Source of the DNA: the human T2T-CHM13v2.0 reference genome, Homo sapiens
Length of the DNA: 64,000 bases
Strand: one strand, 5' to 3'
Assembly (NCBI RefSeq): GCF_009914755.1
Contig: NC_060936.1
Part shown: piece by piece, positions 31,851 through 44,389 of the stretch
Layout of the letters: the number at the start of each line of letters is the position of its first letter
How positions within the stretch are numbered: position 1 is the stretch's first letter
The notes under the pieces: model-generated
Seen by the model: only the letters and a program-made list of their open reading frames with translations
What the model was told of the DNA's origin: nothing
The model's database searches: none
Program-made: the position numbers and the translations under genes

Positions 31851-33039
31851 TCATTTTTCATTGTCACTTCTTCTTCATTGGTTTTATTGTTAATAGCCAG
31901 AAATTAGGTTGATGAGATAACAATGGCGTAGAGTTGAAAAAATTGCTTTAACACTTTAGAGCATAACACGCCAAGAGGATTAACCTACTGGAAGTGGTAT
32001 GCTGCCCACTGCTCTCTTGGATTTAATATTACATGGACTCTCAATGGAAAGCAAAGAGGAGTTGAGGTGGGGCAGAGGAGAAGTAGTTGCTCTGGAAACA
32101 CTGATGGAAGTGAGAGGGCCACTCAGCTGTGGTGAGCCACCTCTGAGCCACTGAAACTGGCCCAGTGTCATCTTTCATAGTTGTCTTCACCTTGCATTTC
32201 ACAGTTCACAAAACACTTCATATCCACCATCACACACTTACTCTCCCCATGCTACCCCTTGCAGTAGGTGGATATGCTGAGTGGCCAATCCCCATACTGC
32301 ATACCCCACTCCACTCAGGTTTCTTTTTTGCTTGGTTTTCTCTCTAGTGATGGAGGTCTCCCCTCATATCAGGAATTAATTAAAAAAAAAAGTTGCCATG
32401 GAAGTTGCTGAAAGTTTCCAAGTATCGACAGGAGAATAGTTAATTGGCCTGTCAGACTACACAACCTCCTCAGAGGTCATCTCTGGCTGAGTAAACACTG
32501 CATCTCTGCCATTTACTCACTAAAGCAGTCAAAATTCCTCGACAGAACTGGATTCCAAAACAACAACAACAAAAAAAACCTGCTCCAAAGGTAAGAGACA
32601 GCTTATTAAATTTGTGTCAAGCCTACTGCCTGATACCTTTTAAGCCCAGTCTGATTTCTTTCAGGCCCTTGACACGTGCTAATTGGCATTACTCTGTTAG
32701 CAGATGCTGAGAGGAGACAGGCATCCAGGCTTCCTGCTTCTCTGTACTCAGCATGACATCCTCTCATAAATACCAAATGGGATGCCTTAAACGACTGGGA
32801 AATACATGCTAAATGGGTACTTAGATGTATTTAGACAGCTTATTTATCACTGAATATGGCAAAACTCTTTGTGTGCTCTTTTGGGGAGGTAAAGAATGTC
32901 ACAAGCGATGGAGCAAAGTAGAAAATGTGCCACATGGAAATCAACCATATTGTAAACAGTACATGCCTATTATGGCCTTTCCACACCTTACAGTTTATTA
33001 CTATGGGAGCTCTTACAGCTCCTTCCTGGGCTTTCATTC

Positions 33040-33940
33040 TTTTGACAAATATTTATCATTGCTGGGCTAGGTTCTGTTCTGGGCACTGGGAATACACCAC
33101 CAAACAAAACAGATGAAAAATGCCTGTCCTCGTGGAACTTATATAGTAATAAAAGATGTAGGATGTCGCATGGAGATGAATGTGATGGAGATGGGATGGG
33201 GTGGGGTGGGGTGGGGTGGGATGGGGTGGGCTTGGGACAGAGTTGGGGAATCGACTTTAATTAACCTGGTCAGAGGCCAGGCTGAGCAAAGACCTGAAGG
33301 AGGCCAAGCCAGTCAGGCCGGAATAGGAGGAGTGTTTTAGAGGAGGGGCAGAAGCCTGAGGGGCAGCCAGCTTGGTGCACAGAGACTGGCAGATGAGAGC
33401 ACAGGGAGTGTGGGACAGCGTGGTGGGAAATGCGGCTAGAGAACTGGCTGGAGGTGGATACAAGCCGACCTTTGTAAGGGCTCAACCACCACTGCACTTT
33501 AGAATCCCCTGTGGAGCTTTTAAACCAAGTGAATCAGAATCTCCTGCGGTGAAGCCCAGGCCTGGGGATGTTTTTGAAATCTCCACATGTGCCTCCAGTG
33601 AGTAGTCAGAGGAAGGACATGAGCTGCCTTCTGCTCAGAGGGATCCTGAGCTTTAAGAACAGACCCCAGGAGGGGACGGGTGGATGCAGGGAGGCCAGTC
33701 AGGTGCTGCAATCATCCAGGGAGGGAGCTGGTGACTGGGATGTGGGATCAAGTGGTGGTGGTGAGAAGAGCTCAGACTCCAGGTATATTTTGAAGGCAGA
33801 GCCAAGAGAATGTTCCTGCAGATCAGGCATAGGGAGTAAAAGCAGAAGGTAGTCAAAGATGACACCAAGGTTTTGGGGCTGAGCAATTGGAAGAATGGAA
33901 TTGCCATTTGACTGAAATGAGAAAAGTCATGGGAAGAACC
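33040..33940 (-). mobile_element. L2 relic with an internal MER5-like hAT fragment (~33480-33600)
   Basis: aaatatttatcattgctgggctagg...; gatgacaccaaggtttttggggctgagcaattggaagaatgg; gaatcagaatctc MER5-like core. Confidence 0.55.
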
Positions 33941-35689
33941 TAGAAGGCATTTTTACATCATATACGAACACTTTGCATGGAAATGCCCATAGATAGTAAA
34001 ATGCTCAGTACCTGGCACGTAAAGGATTCACTAATGCTTTTAAAAGACAGTATGTGTGGTGAGGCTGAAGGGCAAGTATCTACAGCTGAGTATCTTTAAG
34101 GTGGTTTGGTAGCAAATAATAAACAAGTGTTCCAAGCATTTTTCCAGAGATACGTAGAGGAGATGAAGATGTAGCCAGGAAAACTCCCTATGAATGTCTC
34201 TGCCTCCATCTAAATCTTTAGATAATGTGGGAAGAGGCTTCATTGCCTGGCAGAAATTCTGGCAACTGCCCCTACATTCAAGGAAAAGTATGAGATATAC
34301 TTAATACTGGTAGATGACACTCCCATCTCCCCCAGTGTGTGGTACTTAAAGCTGAATACCCTGAGTGACAAATAGCAGGGGAGTTAGCCAGTCACCTTGC
34401 CACTATATGTGGAAAATACCTACAGAGCAGTGCCTTCTCTAGTTCTTTAGGAAAACCTCAGCCCTTTTACGGGGCTATATATAATTTCATTTTCAACAAC
34501 CCTGCCAAATTCCTAACATGCTTAATATTGACCAATTAAACAAGAAAAAATGTAATAATATATTTGTCATTCAAATCACTATGTACTATAGCTAATTAAG
34601 GTCCTTATTACAAATTATATACAATAGTCAATTATATGCTTTTTCAATTGAATCCTTACATGAGTAAGATTTATTAACACAAATAGCTCCTGACAAACTT
34701 GGCCCAGGAACAAGCACTGTATTTCCTCTGGGTTTTGGAAAAAAGTCAAAGTTATTATAAACGGTTGCTTAGGGGAGATATTTGCTATTTTCTCCACTGA
34801 TTTGAAGTAGGTCAGATTGAGAGCTGAATGCTTCCCTAAGGTTATAATTAAGTATGAATATTAAAAAGCTGAGAACAAATAAAAAAAATACAACTGCTTT
34901 AAGCTTTCACATCACAGACCTTGCATTGTGTTTTCACCTCAGGCAAGATACTTTCTCTGGGAAAAGGAATACGGTTGAAAAAATAGGCTTTAAAAAAACT
35001 GCAATAGCTCTACAAGCCTAGACTTTGAGAAAGATTTGTGCAAACAAAAGTGCTTTGAAGAAGTATTTAACCAGGTAGAGTTGGGGCAAAAATGCACACA
35101 AATGCTGAAAAAGCAGCCTGAACTATTGTGATTTAATTCTGCAGGACAGTCTGATGTTTATCCCCCCGCCCCCTTGAAAATCACATCTTTCTGCCTCTTC
35201 CCATCCAAATCATTCACTCTTATAAAACTAGCTTAGTCAGATCAATATCTGAGCTAGCAATGTAAATTTAATCATGGTGAGGCCTGGGTAAACATTAGCT
35301 CTAAGACATTTCTTGGTCTATAGAGTGATAACTGAATTAAGTAGGATTATTTCATCATTACAGTATTAAGCCCACAATGTTACACAAGAGAAGCTAATAT
35401 TTCTAACTCTTTTCAGCTTAGCAAAATATGCTATAAGCATTTACATGAGCCAATTTAGTATGTTTCCTCCTTGAAGAGCTATGAAATAGGAATACATGGC
35501 AGCTAAATTTTCAGTGTAGAGAGAGGAATGTCTAGTAATCAAACTATCGAAGGGCCTCATTATAAGACCGTTCCTGGGATGCTGGCACTCTGGCCTCCTG
35601 ACAGCCACTTTAGTTGAATTCCCATGGACCTGGGAATTCACAGTCTTGCCTTCCATCTCCTGCATTTTCAGCTGTGCAGATTCTCTAAA

Positions 35690-35940
35690 CATAGTCTTCC
35701 TTGAAGCCCCCACTTGGGCATTATTTCTTCCAGGAATCTTTCCCTGACTTCCCTGTCTTTGGGCATTTCTGTATCATGGCACTGGCCTCATGATAAAACT
35801 ATATTTCTGCCTCTCTTTGAAACCTGGGAGCAGCTTGATCATCATTGATGTCTGGGTCAAGCACAAGGACTGGCATATATTAGGTATTCAATACTATTTA
35901 TGGAATGCATGAATGAATGAACGAATGAATAGAATTAAAA
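35690..35940 (+). mobile_element. L2 3' end
   Basis: ggcatatattaggtattcaatac...tgaatgaatgaa terminus. Confidence 0.6.
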
Positions 35941-36279
35941 AGCTAAGACATGGAAACATATCCCATGTGCTAGGTACTGGATAAAGAGATAGAAGGCATA
36001 TCCTCTAGAAGTTGAAGATCTGGGTCAGGAAGGGGGGAATATAAAGAGAGGCAGAAGAATATAAGCCGGCATTTCTTAAGGACCAAAGCAGTGAGCTGCT
36101 AGGACTAAGGCAGCCGCAGCATGGAAAGACAGAGTAGAATCCTGGAAACAGCCAGCACACTGAAGGAAAGGTAGCCTCAAGCCAGACAAAAGGAGGCAGG
36201 AGGGCAAAGGGGACATGATGAGCAACGCCCTCTTATGGAGCTGAGAAGAATTACAGTTTAATTTATTAGATGACAGACA

Positions 36280-36490
36280 TTGAAAGACTGGGTTCTGAAT
36301 CCAGACAACTGGGTTTAAATCCTGACTCCTTTACTACATGCTCTCTGGGCAAATCACGTAATATTCCTAAGCCTCAGTATCTCCATCTGTCAAATGGACA
36401 CGAAAATAATATCCCCCTCACAGATATGAGATAAAATATATAAAGCCATTAGCAAGGAGCTTACATATAAGAAATGTTATTATTGTTTTT
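36280..36490 (+). mobile_element. MIR relic
   Basis: ctgggtttaaatcctgactc...agcctcagtatctccatctgtcaaatgg. Confidence 0.65.
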
Positions 36491-39400
36491 ATTCACATTC
36501 TGTATGGCATGGCTAGGACACACACATTTAAAAGGCTTCAGCCTAACTGTATGGAGGTGAGGGCTGTGCATATAGATAGAGGACCAGTGCAAAATTTTAA
36601 GGTCCCTGACTCCTCTAGATTTGATTAAGAATGATAATGTATAACCCTAAAACATCAGCTAGCTGCAGGTCAAGATCCTAGCTAAGGTAATATTTGCGGC
36701 ATTTGTGGGATGGTTATGTAGTATTTAAACCTGTACCACATTGGCCTAGTTGGTTAAAACAAGATCTCTGAGTATATTCCCTTCTCACCTCCTACTGGCC
36801 ATTATAGTTACAAATAGATTACCTCATTTCTTTTGAATGGGTTTATTTGTTTGCTCTCTCAGTTGTACTGTAATCTCCTTTAAGAGGAGAAAGTGGTTAT
36901 TATACATCATTTATGGCTGTGTCTAGCAATGCCCAATAATCTTCTTTGGGTTACTACTAGCCATTCATCACCAAAGTGATCACCCTCAATCCTAGATTCT
37001 TGACTCCATGACTCTAAGATCCTGTGGACACTACAAAAATTTTCTACAAATACATTTGACACTCTGCTAACCTCATAGGGAAGTTTAATCAAGTAAGCTA
37101 GTGAGACTACCCTGTTAAATAATTTTAAAATTATCTTGAGAAATCTATTTTTAAAATTAGTTGGAAGAATCTCCCATGGGGTCTGACTTGTCTCTGCCAC
37201 TTTCCTAGAAATTTAAAACAAATTCTCTGATATTCCCTCAAATAGAATGTTTACCCATACATTTGGGTCATTTTTTAATTTAAAAATATTGAATGTAATC
37301 ACTTATTCATTTCAATATTTTGATATATAGTTTATAACGATAAAGCAGATATTTATTTTGCATATTAGGCAATTTCATGTGTGAAGTGCAACTGGACTAA
37401 AAAGAGCCAATAGACTGGAGCCAATAGTTTATAAACCTCTTATCTTCTTAGGTAGATTTCAAATTTTGCTACTTAGTAACACATTGTATTTTATAGGGAA
37501 AAAAACATGTTCACCTTTATTATGATTTATAATCCCCTGACCTTCCATTTCTGTTCTCCCCAGACTTGCTGCGAGCATTAGTTCATTCAACTCTTACATT
37601 TATAGAGAGCTTGCTTCTCACTCATGCTTTACAAAGTCATTCTATTGGTTAAACGTCTATGCGAGTACTGTGGAGAGATATTTTTTAAAATAATTATCAT
37701 GATAAAAACAGCTTATTAACTCGGTCACCTGGGAAAATGATTTATCCTTTCCCATCTTTTGCTTTTTACCATCTGTAACAGAGTAATATTTCCTGTCATT
37801 TAAGGCTGCTATAACAAGGAATGATAATAAATAAAAACTATCTCACACAGTGTCCCTGGTATTTAGTAGGTGCTTAATAAGTTAAAACCAGTATAAATGC
37901 CATATGCACATTTTACAATTGACAAAGTATCTATTTTTATATACTCTGGTCCTTATTGTAAAAGAGCTTCCTTCCCTGGCATCTATCCACAAGCAACAAT
38001 GGCTGCTTAAGCAGTCCTCTAAATTATTCAAGAGATAGTTATAAGACTTTTTAGTTCTACTTTTTATATATTACCATCCAATATTACTTGCAAGGGCAAA
38101 TTAATCATCATCTTTCCACACTAACTTTCATATTATAATAAATCATGAATCAGGGGGCTGGCTCTTGGGCAGGGATGAATGAGAGAACCATGAAAAAAAT
38201 CTTGTGCTTTCTTTAAAAACTATTCTTCTAATATATTGGAGAAGCAAAGAGTTTGCTTCTCCGTAGACGAAATCTGCACTCAAACATCCTTGGAATATGT
38301 CCTCACTTTATTATAATCTAATCAAATTTGAAAGCTCCAAAGCTCATTGTTAGGAACCCAATCTGTTGTAGCTGCTTCAAACTAGAAATAGTTTTAACAA
38401 ATGAAAGAATCAGGGATATAGTCATCTCAAAGTAATTATTCCATGTTCCCCAGTTTAGAAAAATATAAGTCATAAGTTACAGCCAATTTACTCTATGTTT
38501 CATTTAGTGTCCGTGAATCAAACTCTTCTGTTTTTCTAATATATGAGAATATTTTTAGAGGGCTAAAATTCTTCTTTTTATTAATAAATGTATTAGCAAG
38601 TAAAAGGAATGTATTTTGACATAGCCTCAAATACACAATTTGCTATGGTCCCATTTCAGGATGTGTTTCATCAAAATAGGTAGAATCAGAATAGGTAGAA
38701 TCAGAATGGCACAGTAAATTAAAAAAAAAAAAAAAAGTTGGGCAGGCCTTACCCCAAACATCTTGAATAGGAATCTCTGGTTGAGAAGTGTGCAGGGGGT
38801 AGCTGCTGGAAACCCTTGCTTGTTTAGCTTTCCCCTACGAGTCTATTGAGAAACCTAGTTTTGAACCTACTGCTAGATCATTTGGTAAACTAGATGACAC
38901 TGGAAGGTGACACCAAGCTAGCAGCAGTTATGGCAAAGGAAAAGCAATGATGCTGTAGGATGCTTAGGCTGTATCCTGTTTTAATAGTGCTTCGCCAGAG
39001 GATCCCAAATCAAATATCTTTTCAGAATTTGAACTGGTAATGTCTCTTCCTGTTCCTCTGATGTTTCCACCCCCCTAAGTTTAATCTACGTCCCTTGTGA
39101 TTGTTAGGAAAATGTTTATTTTAAAATATAAAAAACATTTTTCCGTGCAAATAATTCAAGCAATTAAAGCTAAAAAATGAATATATTTTAGTGTCTCTAG
39201 ACTGAACAGTGAGGACTAATGCAGAAGTTAATTATAAATAAGAAAATCTTTTAGGTCCTTCTTTCAGATTCTAGATCTTGAAAGTGTCTTTAAAATTTTA
39301 ACTCACAACTATAGAATATATTATCATATGTATATAGGGAATAGTGGACCCAGTATCTTTATTATAATAAAAAATACTCTAAGCCTTGGAAAATTTCACT

Positions 39401-42134
39401 TTTATGAACTTTGATTGATTTCTCCAGTGAGTTTCCACTTCTCGCAACTATATAATAAAAAATACTAAGTGGCTTAAAAAAAATCAGTTACATAGATTAT
39501 TACTTGGAAAGAAAATTATATAAAAGGTCTCAGTGAGATAAATTTTAAAAGGGTAAGTTACTTTTGTTCTTATATTTAAAATATATGTGATCAGGCTCCT
39601 ATAAAAAAATTGGTACATCCAAGAACTTAAAATTCTACATCATAACATTCAGTTTCATACTTTTTTGATCAACAGCCCTTCCTACTTTTGCTCAAAACAC
39701 AGCTTTGCTTTTCAGTATTTGGGATTTTCTTTCTGCTTTTGTTTGTTTGTTTGTTTTGGTTATAAGTATCTTAGTTTCTATCTCAGCTCATCCTATCCTT
39801 TTGCCAGAAAGCCATTCCTTACTCCTAGCACTGTCCATATTTCCCTGGCAAATGCAACACTTACTTTCATAGGATCAAGGATTTGAGGAATGGAAGAACC
39901 TTAGCGGTCCCTTCCGAAAAAGATTTAATTTAGGAATCCTCTCTCCAACTTCCTTGTCAGAGGATGGTCCTAGCTCTATTAAACATTCCCGGAATATCAC
40001 ATTGCTGGAGAGCTTTCATGGATCAAGAGGTTTCCCTTGTGTCCAGACTAGCTGTATGATCCTAAACAAATCACAGCATCTCTTGAGTCTGCGTTTCTAT
40101 AAAGCAAGAAGAGGTGATGATTTCCAAGGTCATACAAGTCACAGAATTCTTCCTAATTATTTTAATGGCAGTAAGCAGAATAAAATGCTTGCTTGTAACA
40201 TCTTTGGCTCTGAAGGATATTGTCCAAAGGGTGAGGTTGGTGTTTAAGGGGCAGGGACAGTAATTTTTAACACCATCCAATAGGGACTTTTCAATGCTAC
40301 CGAGCAGCGGATCTACATACTGTTCCCTAAAAGGACACCTCCTGGCTACTTGTTCCTTAACTTCCCGCTGCCCAGTCTGCCACTGAAAGCCCCACATGGC
40401 ACTTAGGGAGCTCTCACCATGCATCCCTGATTATCGTTATTACTATTATTATTCTGATTTGTTCACAGAAAACCATTACTACCAGTCAGTGGTTGATCTT
40501 CTATCCTTATCTACTTATCTGCAATATTTTTCACTGTTGCCCACTCCCATTCTTTAAAAATTATCTTCTTTCTTAGCCCCAGGACAATCAATCTTTGATT
40601 CTCCTTTGCAATGTTTTGATCACTTTTTTATGCCCATCCCTTAAAAAGGAGTCATTTCTTTGGACCTCCAATCTTCACCAGGGAGAATGCTAAACCCCAG
40701 CTCTCCTTCTTTCCCTGCCACTGTTTGACCTTACACAGGTCGTATTCTCTCTGGGCCTCATTTGTCCCTGAGAAAAGAGAAGGAGCTGGAGTGATGATGT
40801 GGAACATCTCTTCAAGCTGTACACTGCTATGCTAGTCATCTTAATCCCATTCCTGTATTCCTTCAGTATGTGGTAGAGTTTCAGAAAGCAAGTATAGGTC
40901 TGTGATGATGCTAATACCACCAAGAAATCATTCATTCCAGTATGGGGAGAAACCTTAAACACCATCTGGTCTGAAACCTTTGTTTTACAGATGAGGGAAC
41001 CTAGGTTCAGAGAGGGTACTTGATTGCCTCAAAGCAGAGACAGGATAATAAGGAGGTCTCCTGGGCTCTCACTTGTTGCAAAATAAATTTGAGTGTTTTC
41101 TGGATCTGGCTAAAGTGCACAATGATATCAGAGTAAAACGTCATACGGAAGGTATAAATTGATCTAGAACACATTAAAGCCTTCCCCTCCCCCTTTAAAA
41201 AAATCAACTTTACTATAAGAATTTTGGAGAGAGATTTGCTATCAGTGGTGCTTTATACAAAATAGCATAATCTGATAACATAAGACATTTTAGATTTATG
41301 TTTTTAAATAGCCAAATAAAACAAAATATCAAGTCACAGATTACATATATTTACATTAATTCAAATGTCCAAAGCACAGTACAGTAGGGTCTATTTAATA
41401 GTTCACATAATTTAAGATTTACATATACACAAGCACATGAACCAATATTAGTTTGCTAGAACAGGGATTTAAGAAGTTACTCAGACATTTTGGTATTGAC
41501 ACTTACATATTTATGGCAACAAATTATGATGACTTTAAATTTTCAATGAGATCTTTTGTACAAGAATACAGAATGGGAAGAATGTACAAAATGAAAAGAC
41601 AGGCAAACAAATGTACTTTCCTTGCACTATTTCTATAACACCATATAGGATGTGGCATTATCCAGTACATTTTATCAGTGTAGTCTATTCATTCTGGTCT
41701 AAAACGGTAATTTTGGCTGAATAACCCCCAAATCTAACTTTGCTTTAGGCTTTATAATTAATTGATGCTTGATTCTTCTTTCTACATCTTTTAAAAATGA
41801 AATTGGACACTAGTGTTTTTCTTTAAAATAACTCTGGTACTAGTAAGTTAGCAAAGTCTATTTTTAAAGGACACTAATACATAAAGTTTATTTTTTCTTT
41901 CAATATCCTAAATAAAGGGACAATGGGAGTCATATCACCTTTGGGCCTACTCTGAAATTACCAATAGTGCTAAAAGCTAAGATATTGTGATCTAGAACTT
42001 AAACTTTGGAAAACAACCCCATCTTTCTCTGGCACATTGAGGAACTGAAGTACTTTACCTCATTTCCTACCAATCATTTTAAGAGAATTTGGTTGTATTT
42101 CAAAGAACAAAACAACACAATTTCTGTCCTGCTG

Positions 42135-42140
42135 TTTATT
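42135..42140 (-). terminator. Candidate proximal poly(A) signal (AATAAA) of AMIGO2
   Basis: AATAAA about 70 nt after the stop, followed on minus by GU-rich ttgtgttgttttgttcttt. Confidence 0.5.
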
Positions 42141-42208
42141 TTGCAGACCACACACAAAGTTAAATATGAACAGATTAAATTATGACATCATACAAATATA
42201 GGCACAAA

Positions 42209-43777
42209 TTAAGTGGACGCCACAAAAGGTGTGTCAGAAAACACTGAATTGACTGAATCTGAGTCAGATTTCCCCCTCGTGGACTTTAGGATGCCCTCAG
42301 CTATCACTGCCTCGCTGGGAAAGAGCCTGACTTTCCCGTTCTGCCCTGCTGCAGTATCCTTCAGGGGTTCCAAAAACACCACTCTTTTACCTGCACCTGC
42401 CTTCCGTTCATCAGCGGAGGCATCACTAGCAGGGCCAGGACTGAGAATCGATGAATGGGCATTGCTTTGGTGTAGCATATTTTTCTGTCTCTTGGTTTTA
42501 CACTTGCAGGGGCATGGAGTCAGATAGAGGTACAAAAGTACCAAAACGATACTGGCCACGCAAGCAGCAAGAGTGGTAAAAGCTGTGTTAAATGCCTCAT
42601 GAGCATGGGATCTGCTTACAGTGAAATTGCTCACATTTATTGTGACGTCCACAGTTTCATTTAACAGGCGTTGCTTATTCATTGCGATACAAGAATACAC
42701 TCCAGCATCCTCAAAACGAGGGCTTTCTATAACCAGACTTCCATTGTGAAACACGTAAAAGTTTTCCATCTCTTTATCCGGCTCTAGCAGTCTGTTATCT
42801 GGACCCACCCAGATGAAATCCGTATTTGCATTACCTGTCTTGCTGTCACAGTGGACCATCAGTCTTTCCCCGACCTGAGCCTCATGAATAAAGCCAAGCG
42901 CACGAAAGGAACCATTGATGATGCTGTCAGAGCAATTCATAAAGCTATCCTGGAGCAGAAGTACCTGACGCGAGTGCCTGGAGTCAGACCACAGGCGACA
43001 GGTGTAATCGTTCTTAAAATCCATCACTGAGCTAAAGTGCCTACGATACCAAAAGACCAGCAAGGAGTACAGGGAACAGTCACAGACAAATGGGTTTCCA
43101 TGAAGGTAGATGCCTCTCAGCTGTTTTCCTGGCACTAAATTTATGTGGTGCATTGGCATGGAAGGAATTCGGTTATAAGAAACATCTAAAAACATCAGTT
43201 CTGCCAGCTTGAACCTTCCAACATACAAATCCATCGGAAACTGTGTGAGAAAATTTCCACTTAAGTAGAGTTTCTGCAACTGGGAGAGCCCTCCAAACGC
43301 TGAAGGATCGAGATAGGATATGTGATTGTTGTAAAGCAGAAGCACTTCCAGAACCTTCAACTCTTGGAATACAGCATTTTTCACCGTCTTCAGCTTATTG
43401 GACGATAAGTCAAGACACTTCAAATTTGGAGTTGTGGAAAAACTGCCCGTGGAAATGCTGGTGATGTTGTTATGACGAAGAATTAGGGTGTTCAGCTTTG
43501 CAAACGATACTGGAATCCACTCAGAATCCAGAAGCCCAATTCTGTTATAACTCAGGTCCAGTCTCTTAATCAGTCTGAAAAGGTTCCCAGGCACCTTGGA
43601 CAGGTTTTTGTTGGTGCAGCTGACGATGTCAGTGGCACAGATGCAAGCGGTGGGGCACACCCCAGAGGCACCAGGGCCCACAGTCACTGTGATCATCAGC
43701 AAACACAGCAGCTCCCTGCAGCCCGGTCTGACGACGGCTCCAAGCAGGGTGGGCAGAGTGTGTACACGTAACGACAT
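42209..43777 (-). CDS. AMIGO2: Amphoterin-induced protein 2 (adhesion molecule with Ig-like domain 2), 522 aa; CDS lies in one exon
   Basis: MSLRVHTLPT...DTPFVAST recognised as human AMIGO2: signal peptide, LRRNT (CPTACIC), six LRRs, LRRCT (NPFVCDC), Ig domain, TM (TTLAACVASIVLVLLYLYL), cytoplasmic tail; ataATG context; TAA at 42209-42211. Confidence 0.98.
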   Translation of the reverse strand: MSLRVHTLPTLLGAVVRPGCRELLCLLMITVTVGPGASGVCPTACICATDIVSCTNKNLSKVPGNLFRLIKRLDLSYNRIGLLDSEWIPVSFAKLNTLILRHNNITSISTGSFSTTPNLKCLDLSSNKLKTVKNAVFQELKVLEVLLLYNNHISYLDPSAFGGLSQLQKLYLSGNFLTQFPMDLYVGRFKLAELMFLDVSYNRIPSMPMHHINLVPGKQLRGIYLHGNPFVCDCSLYSLLVFWYRRHFSSVMDFKNDYTCRLWSDSRHSRQVLLLQDSFMNCSDSIINGSFRALGFIHEAQVGERLMVHCDSKTGNANTDFIWVGPDNRLLEPDKEMENFYVFHNGSLVIESPRFEDAGVYSCIAMNKQRLLNETVDVTINVSNFTVSRSHAHEAFNTAFTTLAACVASIVLVLLYLYLTPCPCKCKTKRQKNMLHQSNAHSSILSPGPASDASADERKAGAGKRVVFLEPLKDTAAGQNGKVRLFPSEAVIAEGILKSTRGKSDSDSVNSVFSDTPFVAST

Positions 43778-43921
43778 TATGGTCGCCTCTGAGTCTCTTC
43801 CCGGTGTCTTTTCCACCGGCTCAGCCTCCCACCAGTGAACCTGGCAAACAATTAATAATTCAGAGGGAGTAAAAAGCAGAAACTGACTACCACTAGTTAA
43901 CCCATAAGAGCCATACCTTAC

Positions 43922-44023
43922 TTTCTTTCCAATAACTTTTGAAATGGGTTTTATTTCACAATAGGGAGCTCTGTGTTGCCTCTTCACTGTTAAATGTATT
44001 TTTTCCTCTTTCCTGGGTTAGTC
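43922..44023 (-). other. AMIGO2: Candidate alternative non-coding AMIGO2 5'UTR exon
   Basis: Acceptor ttttataagCAG|g at 44024/44023; donor aaa|GTAAGG at 43921 (alternative aag|GTATGG at 43916). Confidence 0.45.
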
Positions 44024-44116
44024 CTGCTTATAAAAATGTACAGTCACATTCTCTCCATACAACCCACCGTCTCACCCACCATCAGAAACTCAATTTTTTC
44101 CTAAGGTGCATCCTGC

Positions 44117-44140
44117 GTTGTTGTTGTTGTTGTTGTTGTT
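44117..44140. repeat. (GTT)8 microsatellite in the AMIGO2 intron
   Basis: Read directly from the sequence. Confidence 0.95.
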
Positions 44141-44389
44141 TTAAACTCCCTCCAACAGACACAACTATACGCAAACGTACGCTACAAACAATTAAACGGA
44201 AATACTTAGCAACCACCCATCCAGGAAAAAACTCACGGTGCTGGGGAGCCTCGTGGGCTCCGGGGAGGCTGCCTACGCAGTGCCTTCCGAAGGTCTGCGC
44301 GTCCGTCTGTCCGTGTCTGTCACTCTTGCACCTCCCGACTTCCTTTCCCTCCGGCTCCCGGCGGGCGGCACCCTCTAGCCGGCTCTCAA

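Larger units (their letters stand above)
43841..44236 (-). other. AMIGO2: AMIGO2 5'UTR intron
   Basis: Donor cacc|GTGAGT at 44236; acceptor with pyrimidine tract ...ttgtttgcCAG|g at 43841, 63 nt upstream of the ATG. Confidence 0.8.

Noticed and set aside
38676-38708. 15-bp tandem duplication (also 1423-1450 and 6152-6177)
   Set aside because: Ordinary slippage duplications with no further structure
42213-42527. 104-aa ORF antisense to AMIGO2
   Set aside because: Shadow frame of the real CDS; no independent support
43778-43987. 70-aa N-terminal extension in the 592-aa ORF call
   Set aside because: Starts at GTG and runs through a splice acceptor and intron; the recognised AMIGO2 protein begins at ATG 43777 with its signal peptide
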